Below, piece by piece: positions 54,112 through 64,000 of a stretch of 64,000 bases of DNA (position 1 is its first letter; every line of letters begins with the position of its first letter). The DNA is from Mobula hypostoma. Taxonomy: Eukaryota. The notes under the pieces were generated by a model. It was not told where the DNA came from, made no database searches, and worked only from the letters and a program-made list of their open reading frames with translations. Made by a program: the position numbers and the translations under genes. The stretch covers positions 69,256,001 to 69,320,000 of the forward strand of contig NC_086097.1 of NCBI RefSeq assembly GCF_963921235.1, read 5' to 3'.

Positions 54112-54530
54112 TGGCGTGGCTTTGACTGAGTTTTTTTGAGGAGGTGTTGAAGGTGATTAATGAGGGTAGGGCATTAAATGGTATCCACATGAATTTCAGA
54201 AAGGCATTTGATAAGGTCCCTCATGGTTGGCTGATCCAAAAGGTTAAGATGCATGAGATCCAAGGTGGCTTGGTAGTTTGGATTTCGAATTGCCTTGTCC
54301 AGAGGAGACGGGTTAGTGGTGGAAGGTTCTTATTCTACCAGGAGGCCGGTGACCCGTGGTATTCTGGAGGGATCAGTGCTGGGGTTTCTGCTGTTTGTGA
54401 TACATATGAATGACTTAGCTGATAATGTAGATGGTTGGGTTAGTAAGTTAGCAGATGACACAAATACAGTATCAGTGGATTTTGTGGACAGTGTAAAGGG
54501 CAGTCAAAGGATACAGCAGAAATATAGGTA
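54112..54530 (+). mobile_element. CR1 RT fragment
   Basis: FRKAFDKVPHG and GSVLG...LADDT in ORFs 54144-54413 and 54295-54531. Confidence 0.8.
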
Positions 54531-54932
54531 GAAAGCATAGGTAAATAACAGATAGAAAAGGTATACATTAATTCATATCATGATTGATGGAAATATCATG
54601 AGTCCATGAGCTTGTTTCTGTGATGTACTGTTCTACTCATTATGGAACATTAATTTGAGGTTTACAGATTGGTAGAAACAGTTGCAATTTCTGCAAGCAT
54701 TTAATCATTTCCGTAGTTTCATGCTGCCAAAATCTACAGGTTTGGAAGGCATAGAAAAATTTTACTGACCACAAAATTATATCACAAATCTGCTGATTGT
54801 GCATATCAGTTGACATTTTCCTTGAAGTGCACATGATTGGAAGGTTGAGCAGAGGGCCCTTGGAGCAAGTCAAGCAGATGGAAGAAAGGCAAAGGGGAAG
54901 AATGAGAAAATGTGGAAACCTTGGGAGAGAAT

Positions 54933-55180
54933 TGTTGTGTATTTAATATTTCAGTAATATTGTAAATATATTGTTTGATTAGGCATTGTTTGTTTAACTA
55001 CTTCATTATGGGTTATATGTAATAGTACATGAAAGACAACCTCATTATGCTGCTCCGTCATATGTATGCACCTCACTTAAAGTAAAAGACCTGTAAACAA
55101 AAAAACTAAGACCCGTTCTCCTGGGCTCCCGTCTTTTTCCTTTCAATTAGGTTTTATGTTCTGGATTAAAAAACATAACA
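54933..55180. mobile_element. Probable short solo LTR
   Basis: TGTTGTG...CATAACA inverted termini; flanks AGAAT/AGGAC as a degenerate 5-bp TSD; AGTAAA signal at about 55081. Confidence 0.5.
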
Positions 55181-56941
55181 AGGACGGCTCTGAGCGGGAG
55201 GACATATTGTCCAGGATCTGGAAGGCATAATGTTCATATTTGAAGATCAGCAAGGTATACTGCATGAAACAATTTTGCTTCTGGCAGCAAGTTGTCATTG
55301 AAATATTCCAACTCAGAGCAGAATAGGGATTGCTTTAGTGGTGTTTGTCAAGGAGATCTTGGCAATAAATATTTATGCTTCACAGTCCAACCTGCAGAGT
55401 ACCATAATTCACTTTCCACTACAAGTTAGGGCACTGAGACTCTCAATTCCAACAGAGCTAAGCACATCCATCCCTTTTGCTAGAGAGCAACAGGTGAAGT
55501 ACACAGCTTTTAATAAAAAATTATCTGTTTCTCTTTCCACAAATTCAGCCTGACTTGCATCTTCAGTTTTTATTTCAGATTTCCAGAATTTGAGGGTTTT
55601 TTTAAATGTTGAAGTGAATAGTTTCTTGAGGAGTCCAGTCTTTCCCTCAAAAAAGAGAGCTACTTTTTGCGTCTGCATAGCTTTGCAAACACTGCAGGAT
55701 AGCTTTAACTGGTATTGAGCTGACTGAGATTCTCAACCTTTGTCAATGAGTGTCTGGTTTGTGTTGACTGGACACAGAAGTCATTGAAATGAGGAACTAG
55801 CATGCCATCTGCAATGCCATCAATGGATAGGGGTTTATTGCAGGAATCTTCCCCTGCTTCTGTTTTTTTTTTGAGGACAAGCTAAGTCCCTGAGATACAG
55901 AATGGTTTTGTTTTCAAAACGTGTTGGCATTGTTGCATTGCTCATCTTATGGAGGGTAAGTGTAGGGTAAGCTTTACATAGAAGACTAGATCTTACTGAA
56001 TTTTACATTTTTTTTATTTTCAATCTTAACTCTATTTTTAACGTAATTGGGAGATTAGCAAGAAATGTTCAAGAAATGGAATAATTTGAATTATTTTGGT
56101 AAAATAATTGCATCTTTATACAATCTTAGTGGTTAAAGACAAAGGCGATAAACTAATATAACATATCTATCCATATAGTACTGCAATTTGTCTGGTCAAA
56201 GAGGATAAATTTGTTAATGCTCACTATCGCATTTAATATGGAATAAAGAGGAAGACATGCCACTTTGAAAGGGTCTGGGATAGGACATGGCTATCATGTC
56301 AGAGTTTTATATTGGCTAATTGTAATACAAGAAGAGGAAAAGAGTAAGAAGACACTAGACCACAGAGGAATTTATCATGGTGAGTAGGAAAGTTGTTGCT
56401 GGGATCAGTTCTAAACAGGAAACAGAGAAAATGGACAGTCATAAAGATAATTGTACAGAGGAAAGAAAAAAATTCTACTTTAAAAATAACAACTGTCAGG
56501 GTGGCGATAGATAAAATGAAATACGAAGTGAAATAGTAGTGTTAAGGAATTATTTGTATAAGGCAAGGACTATCCCACAAATTCCCTGGTCATCTGGTGC
56601 AAAACCAAAGTTCAAACTAACATTTTTATCCTTAAAGCAATGAGAATTGGGTTCAAGCTGCAAATTCCCACACAAAGTTGGGTGGAGGTGGGGGTGTGTT
56701 TGGTGGCATTTTCTTCAGAGGTAGGAAAATTAGATGCATATCATCTTGGATGATAAATTAAGGGCAAAAGGATAGGAAGGGACAAAATCAGTCCTCTGGG
56801 AGATAGATCCGAGTGGTAATCTACACGTGGAGCTAAAAAAGATGGGGGAGATCTTAAATGGCCTTTTTGCATCTGTGTTTACTTGGGAGATGGAGATATG
56901 GTCTGTGGGACTGAGGGAATACCGCAGTGAGGTCATGGACT

Positions 56942-57240
56942 GGGCGCCACGGTGATGTAGCAGTTGGTGTGAGGCTATTACAGCTCAGGGTGTTCCCAGA
57001 GTTCAGAGTTCAATTCCCACGCCATTCTGCAAGGAGTCTCTACATCCTCCCTGTGGTTTGCGGTGGTTTTCCCCAGGCACTCCGGTTTCTTCCCACATTC
57101 CAAAGACACACTGGGTAGTTTAATTTGTCCCATGATTAGGTTAGGGTTGATTGGGTTTGTCAGGGGGTGCACCGCCTGGCTTGAAGGGTCGGAAGGGCCT
57201 ACTCAACGATGTTTCACAAAATCAAACAAATAGATAAATT
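56942..57240 (+). mobile_element. V-SINE/HE1-like SINE
   Basis: GAGTTCAATTCC B-box, GGTTTTCCCCAGGCACTCCGGTTTCTTCCCACATTCCAAAGAC core and an A-rich tail. Confidence 0.78.
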
Positions 57241-58651
57241 TCCAGGTTACGGAAGAGGAATATTAGGATGGCCAGCTCTTTACGACTGACAAGGTGACCC
57301 CCTTAAACCCAGTGTGAGGCTACTGCGGAAATTGTAGCAGCCTGGCAGAGATATTTTGAAACATCTTTAGCTATAGGTGAGGTGCCAGAGGACAGGAGAA
57401 TAGCAAATGTTGTTCTGTTGTTGAAGAAAGGCCCTAAGAATAAGCCAGAATATCATAGGCCACTGAGCCTGACATCAGGAGTCGGTAAGTTATTGGAAGA
57501 TATTCTAAGGGACAGGATATATAAACGGGGCCTGATAGGTCACGTGTGACCAGTCTTAGAGTTTTTCGAGGAGGTTATCAGGAAAGTTGTTGGAGGAAAG
57601 GCAGTGGACTTAGTCTGCAGGGACTTTAGCAAAGACTTTGACAAAGCCTCACATGGGAGGCTGGTCCCAAAGGTTCAGTTGTTTGGCATTTAGGATGAAG
57701 TAGTAAATTGGATTCAACTTTGGTTAAGTGGGGGAAGCCAGAGAGTGGTAGTAGATGTTCGCCTCTCTGACTGGAGGCGTGTGACCAGTGGTGGGCCGCA
57801 GAGATCGGTACTGGGTGCATTGTTGTTTATCATTTATATTACTGATTTGGATGATAAATATCGTAAACTGGATCAGGAAATCTGTGGATTGCACCAGGAC
57901 TGGGGGCATATTGGACAGCGAGGAAAGCTATCAAACTTGCAGCAGTAACTAAACCATATGCTGACAAATGGCAGATGGAATTTAATGCAGACAAGCGTGA
58001 GGACAAACCAGGGTAGGACTTACACCATGAATGGTAGGGCACTGAGGAGTACTGTCGGACAGAGGGATCTGGGAGTACAGATCCATAATTCCTTGAAAGT
58101 GGCATCACAGGAAGAGAGTGTTGTAAAGAGAGCGACTGGCACATTGGCCATCAGAGTATCAAGTACAGGAATCAGGATGTTTTGTTGAGGTTGTATAAGA
58201 CTTTGATGAGGCTAACTTTGGAGTATTTTGTGTAGTTTTGGTCACCTAAGTGCAGGGAATATTGTCTATCAATAAGATTTTTTAAAAAAAGAGAAAATTA
58301 ACAAGCATGTTGCTGGAACTTGATGACCTGAGTTAGAGGCAAAGGATGAATAGGTTACAACTTTATTCTTTGGAGTACAGGAGAATGAGGAGACATTTGA
58401 TACAAAATTATGAGGGGTATAGATAAGGTAAATGAAAAAGGCTTTTTCTACTGAAGTTGAGTGAGACTAGAACTAAGGGCCATAGGTTAAGAGTGACTGG
58501 TGAAATATTTAGTGGGTCTCTGAGGGGGAACATCTTCACTCAGTGGGGTGGTGCAATTGTGGAACAAGCTGCTAATGGAAATGGTGGATGTGGGTTTGAC
58601 AGCAACATATAAAAGAAGTTTGTAAAACTACTGTATATGAATGGAACAGAT

Positions 58652-59310
58652 ATTAGATTAGATTATGAGGACACTCAGTCCTCGTTTATTGTCATTTAGA
58701 AATGCATGCATTAAAAATGATACAATGTTCCTCCAGAAAGATATCACAGAAACACAGGACAAACCAAGACTAAAACTGACAAAAACCACATAATTATAAC
58801 ATATAGTTACAACAATGCAAAGCAATACCGTAATTTGATAAAGAGCAGACCATGGGCACGGTAAAAAAAAGTCTCAAGTCCCGATAGCCCCAACATCTCA
58901 CGCAGACAGTAGAAGGGAGAAACTCTCCCTGCCATGAACCCCCAAGCGCCGCTGGTTGCCGATGCATTGGAAGCACCTGACCGCAGCCGACTCTGAGTCT
59001 GTCCGAAAACTTCAAGCCTCCAACCAGCCCTCCGACACCGAGCACCAAGCACCATCTCTGCCGAGCGCTTTGGCCTCACCCCAGCTGCCGAGCAACAAGC
59101 AAAACTGAGGACTCGGGGCCTTCCCCTCCGGAGATATCAGGATCACACAGTAGCAGCAGCAGCGAAGCAGGCATTTCAGAAGTTTCACAGATGTTCCTCC
59201 ATGCTCTCACGTCTGTCTCCATCAAATCAGGATTGTGCACGGCACCCAACTTGACAGATAACAGACATCATTCACCGGAGTGGCTGCATCGCGCCACCAT
59301 CTTCACCTCC
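58652..59310 (-). mobile_element. Second copy of the (TCTAA)n-tailed non-autonomous retroposon
   Basis: Reverse complement aligns by eye with 15462-16086, with the same head and tail. Confidence 0.78.
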
Positions 59311-59499
59311 CGCCTGTTATGCCCTCCATATCCCACCGGATATGGAGGGCAATAGTCCAGATCCACATCAATGGGGGGACTAGGCAGAATAACAGTTCGA
59401 CATTGACGAGATGGGCAAAGGGCCTACTTCTTTGTCATAGTGCTATATGACTCTAAGAAGATTCCCATTTTATTTGTACATCTCAGTGGTAACAAATCC

Positions 59500-61545
59500 C
59501 TCAAATGGCTTCTACCTTCATCTACTATTTGTAAAACAGTTAATTCTGCTTTACTTGTACATAAACACTCTTCTTCGATCTGTGCTGGTCATTCACTGAT
59601 TCAATTTAAAATTGTACATCGTTACCATTTGACGAAGGAAAGATTGTCTAAAATATTCCCTAACATTGATAGTTATTGTGATAGATATAAAACTAAGACA
59701 GCTACACTGACACACATGTTCTGGTCTTGTTCTATACTGGAACAGTTCTGGCAGTCAGTTTTTTTGACAATTTCTAAAGCACTTAAAATTAATTTACAAC
59801 CTAACAAATTAACTGTGCTTTTTGGAATAATTCCTCAAAATATCTGTGGTATCTCTTTGTCTGACCAACATGTTATTGCATTTGTTACATTGATAGCTAG
59901 GAGGGCCATTTTGTTGAAGTGGCAGGATACATCGGCTCCTACTTTGTCACAATGGTTCTCTCAAGTGATGCCAATGTCATAAGGCAGTGGCTGGGAACGG
60001 ACCCAAGCACAAGACACAGACACTGAAGTACTAGGGACAGGACAAGGACATGGACACGAAAACCGGGAACCCGGAACAGGACTGGACACGACAGCTAGGA
60101 GCCCGGGCTTGGACTCCGAGCCAGAGACTGGACAAGGACCCAGTACCTGGGTCTTGGCTCTGGCTCAGACCCCAGAACTAGGCAAGGACAAGGCTTGGCT
60201 GACAGGCAGGATGAGGCTGGAGTCTTCAGGCTTGAGGCTAGGCAGGAGGCTGGAGTCTTCAGGCTAGAGGCTAGAGATGAGGCAAGGCTTGGCAGGAGGC
60301 TTGAGACTTGGGGTGAGGCTTGGAAGGAGGCTGGAGACTTGAGACTTGAGGCAAGGCTTGGCAGGAGGCTTGAGACTTGAGGCGAGGCTTGGCAGGAGGC
60401 TGGAGGCAGGAGACTTGAGGCGAGGCAAGGCTGGAGACTGGAGGCAGGAGGAAGGAGGGCAGGACGTGGTACTCCTGGGCAGGGGGCGGCTCTCCACCCA
60501 ATGGAGGCAAGGGACAGGAAGGGACAGAACCAACCACAGGTAATGGCAAGTCGGCCTGGCTTACCCGACGGAGACAAGGGACAGGAAGGGATAGAACCAA
60601 CAGCTAGTAACGGCAAGATGGCCTGGCTTACCCGACGGAGGCAAGGGACAGGAAAGGAGCTAGGTACGGGGTGGCTCCCGGACAAGACAGCAAGACAAGG
60701 CAAGGCTTCAGGCGATGCAAGGCAAGACAGAACTTCAGGCGAGGTGAGAGCTACTGGCAAGACAAGGCAGGGCTTCAGGAATTGCAAGGCAAAATGAGAA
60801 CTTCAGGCGAGGCGAGAGTTACCAACAAAACAAAGCAAGGCTACAGACAATGCAAGGCAAAACGAGAACGTCAGGCGAGGCGAGAGTTACCGGCAAAACA
60901 AGGCAAAGCTTCAGGCAAGGAAACAGAAGGCAGAGGAAGGCATACAAGGAGTAAGGACAAGAACAATCCAGCAGCCACACACTGGTCTGAAGGTATTTAT
61001 GCAGCCAGCCCCAACGAGCATCAGCTGCCTCAATTAGAGCTCAACAAGAACAGAAACAGGGTAGACAGGAAAACCTGGAGCAAGGGTCGATGGACTGGAC
61101 CGTGAACCGGAATACGGACTTCACGGACCGGACCATGACAGCCAAGTTCTAGGTTGGAGAAAATTAGAAGTCAAGCCCTTCAATCTATGTTTGATTTTGA
61201 GAAAAGATGGGGTTCATTTGCTCGTTATTATTATTTGAGTTAATTGATAGATTTCCTCCACGATCTAATTGTAAATTTTTGGTACATTTTTTTTCTTGCT
61301 GGCAGTTTGACGTTTATCTTTTGAAGCTTTTTGTATGACGCATGGCTCTGGGGTTGAACACCTAATGGGTTTTTTCCCTCACTTTTTTCTTGCTTAGTAG
61401 GGGTTTTTTCCTCTTTTTCTTAAATCACCAAAATTTTTTCAATCTTTATAATAATATTATTTTTCTTGAGACATTGTACAAGTTGCTTACTTTGATGTTC
61501 CCCGTAAATTGTTGGAAATAATAATAAAGAGATTTGAAAAGAAAC
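59500..61545 (+). mobile_element. L1-clade LINE 3' end (cysteine-rich C-terminus), interrupted by a solo LTR
   Basis: ORF 59440-59982: LIQFKIVHR...YCDR...LTHMFWSC...FW; coding remnant resumes after 61145 (LEKIR...FEKRWGSF); AATAAA and A-rich end. Confidence 0.85.
59975..61140 (-). mobile_element. Solo LTR (TGTCA...TGACA) with internal tandem arrays
   Basis: Perfect 5-bp TSD GCCAA at 59970-59974 and 61141-61145; minus strand starts TGTCATGGTCCGG, as at 38125. Confidence 0.88.
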
Positions 61546-62181
61546 AATGATTATTTTTTTCAAATTAATCATGCAGTTATTTGATTAAGTCATAGATTGT
61601 GTATTCTGCATTACAAATTAGATCATTGAATTAATTTCTTCACATCAATCTGGGCATGATATGCAAATGAGTGAACGGTTCCCTTGGTTACAGATGACCT
61701 GACTATGGAAATCTGACCTTGGACAAATTCTCCATGCATTTTAGACATTTTTCAAGAAAGTAATAACAAAAATTATTCATTGATGATTTGAAAAGCATAT
61801 ATTCCATTAGTTTTAGTGTGGACAGTATTAGGGTGAAGATTTGATGAACTTAAAGAACTACAGCAAGTATGTAGAGCAAGACAATAAAGGTAGCTATAGA
61901 TATCGAAGATGAATGTTTCTGACTTAGAGAAATGGGCTTGCTGACATTACTCAAAGCAGAACCCTGTAACTTGGGGAATGCAAACGTGATACCATTATTT
62001 TTTAAAAGGGGAAGAATTAGATTGAATAACAAGTTAGTCAATTTGCCATTGAAAGATTCAAATTGCTGAAAAATTTTGCAAGTTACAGCATAAATCAGCA
62101 TTTAGAGAAGGATTAGTTAATTACAAACAGTTAATTTCAAAGTTTAAAGTTCAAAGTAAATTTATTATCATAATTCATATA

Positions 62182-62268
62182 CAATATACTGCCCTGAGAT
62201 TCATTTTATTCAACATACTACCCTGAGATTCATTTCATGCAACATACTACCCTGAGATTCATTTTCTT
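62182..62268 (+). repeat. 29-bp tandem repeat, 3 copies
   Basis: CAAYATACTRCCCTGAGATTCATTTnnnn starting at 62182, 62211 and 62240. Confidence 0.9.
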
Positions 62269-62466
62269 GTGGGCATTCACAGTAGAATAAAGAAATACAA
62301 TGGAATCAATTAAAAACTGCAAAGAAAGTCTGACAAACAATGTCCAAAAAAAAGACAAACTGTGCAAGTACAAAAATCCGAATAATAATAATAATAAACA
62401 AGTAAATAAATAATACTGAGAACATCAGTTGAAGAGCCTTTGAAAGTGAGTCAATAGTTTGTGGAA

Positions 62467-62684
62467 ACAACAGGAATTCTGCAGATGCTGGAAATTCAAG
62501 CAACATACATCAAAGTTGCTGGTGAACGCAGCAGGCCAGGCAGCATCTATAGGAAGAGGCGCAGTCGACGTTTCAGGCCGAGACCCTTCGTCAGACGAAG
62601 GGTCTCGGCCTGAAACGTCGACTGCGCCTCTTCCTATAGATGCTGCCTGGCCTGCTGCGTTCACCAGCAACTTTGATGTATGTT
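62467..62684. mobile_element. Palindromic Penelope-derived mini-element with hammerhead motif (young copy)
   Basis: Perfect 91-bp arms 62502-62592 and 62594-62684 with a 1-nt spacer; perfect 16-bp TSD TCAATAGTTTGTGGAA at 62451-62466 and 62685-62700. Confidence 0.92.
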
Positions 62685-63567
62685 TCAATAGTTTGTGGAA
62701 TCAGTTCAGTGTTGAGATACGTGAAGTTAAACATGTTGGCTTATGAGCCAGACACTTGAAGGATAATAACTGTTCCTGAACCTAGTGGTGTCGGACTTGA
62801 GGCTTCAGTACCTCTTTCCTGATGGGAGCAGCATGAAGAGAGCATGGCCTGGACAGTGGGGCCCTTGATGATGGATGCTGCTTTCTTGTGGCAGAGCTCC
62901 TTGTAGATGTACTCAATGGTAGAGAAGACTTTTCCTGTGATTGACAGGGAAGTACTCACCAGTTTTCGTAGCCTTTTTCTGTTCTTAGGCATCGGTGTTT
63001 CTGTACCAAGCCATGACACAACCAGTCAAGATACTCTCTACTGTTCACCTATAGAAGTTTGTCAAAGTTTGAGATGACATGCCAACTCTGCCCAAACTTC
63101 TAAGAATGTTGAGACCCTGCCATGCCTTCTTTACAATGGCACTTATGAGCTGGTTCCAGGACAGATCCTCAGAAATGATAACGCCAAGGCATTTAAAGTC
63201 ACTGACCTGCTCCACCTCCAATTCTCTAATGAGGACTGGCTCATGGACCCTCAGCTTCTTCCTCCTGTAGTCAATAATCAGCTCTTTGGTTTTGCTGACA
63301 TTGATTGGCTAGTGGTGATAACAAAGAGGGTCAATGAGGGTAGAGCCTTGATTAGTGTACATGGATTTTGGAAAGTTCAAAGAAAGTAAAAGCTGGTGGG
63401 ATCTAAGAGAAAGTGGAAAGATGTATTAACAATTTCCCTAGTGACAGAAAGTTTAGTGTAACAATCAGTCACTGACGGACTGCGTGCAGGCAGAGATGCT
63501 GTGCAGAGAGAAGTCAGGATTAGCCCCTTGTTTTTGAATGATGTAGATTTAAATGCACAGGCCACAA

Positions 63568-64000
63568 ATTGAATTGAATTGACTTTATTTCTTACATCCT
63601 TCTTACACATGAGGAGTAAAAATCTTTAGGTTACATCTCCATCTAAATGTGCCATGTGCAATCATAGTAATTTATAATAATTTATAATAAATATAACAGT
63701 CAATGTAATATAGAGTACACTCAAATCAGCATGAGTTAATCAGTCTGATGGCCTGGTGGAAGAAGCTGTCCTGAGCCTGTTGGTCCTGGCTTTTATGCTG
63801 CGGTACTGCTTCCCGGATGGTAACAGCTAGAATAGGTTGTGGTTGGGATGACTCAGGTCCCCAGTGATCCTATGGGCCCTTTTTGCACACCTGTCCTTGT
63901 AAATGTCCTGAATCATGGGAAGTTCACAACTACAGATGTGCTGGGCTGTCCGCACCACTCTCTGCAGAGTCCTGCGATTAAGGGAGGTACAGTTCCCATA
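63568..64000 (-). mobile_element. Rex-type LINE 3' end, continues beyond the window
   Basis: AATAAAG plus (TCAAT)n tail; minus strand encodes LQRVVRTAQHI...LLPSGKQY. Confidence 0.8.

Larger units (their letters stand above)
56745..59455 (+). mobile_element. Degraded CR1 LINE carrying two later insertions
   Basis: DFSKDFDK, WRRVTSGGPQRSVLG and YITDLD remnants; CR1 3' end at about 59340-59455. Confidence 0.8.
62138..63303 (-). mobile_element. Degraded Rex-type LINE 3' fragment
   Basis: AATAAA plus (TTTGAAC)-like tail; ORF 62741-63019 remnant (KKAASIIK); similar to 41260-41770. Confidence 0.75.

Noticed and set aside
60095..61105. Long Ser/Leu/Pro- and Arg/Gly-rich ORFs
   Set aside because: They are produced by stop-poor tandem arrays inside a solo LTR.
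62182..62268. 29-bp repeats superficially like a CRISPR array
   Set aside because: The copies are directly adjacent with no unique spacers, there are no cas genes, and the context is a eukaryotic LINE tail.
62425..62746. Two opposite-strand ORFs encoding the same peptide (also 1849-2340 and 1955-2206)
   Set aside because: This follows directly from the DNA palindrome; there is no evidence for a gene.

Overview
This window is eukaryotic, repeat-dominated intergenic or intronic DNA. The repeat repertoire suggests a cartilaginous fish, probably a ray or skate (inference). No intact host protein-coding gene is recognisable: the long ORFs are frameshifted fragments of retroelements and DNA transposons, or their antisense shadows. 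Contents are several CR1 LINEs, Rex1/Babar-type LINEs, RTE and L1 fragments, V-SINE/HE1-like SINEs, a decayed full-length Tc1 element, nested hAT (Charlie-type) elements, three solo LTRs and Penelope-like element (PLE) ends. The most striking structure is a set of ~210-bp TSD-flanked mini-elements made only of a PLE terminus folded back into a long palindrome. The fold-back point falls at the core of a minimal hammerhead-ribozyme motif (1831-2042; 62467-62684; centre-deleted copy 53906-53983). A candidate HDV-like ribozyme fold lies in a non-autonomous RTE-type element at 3741-3908.
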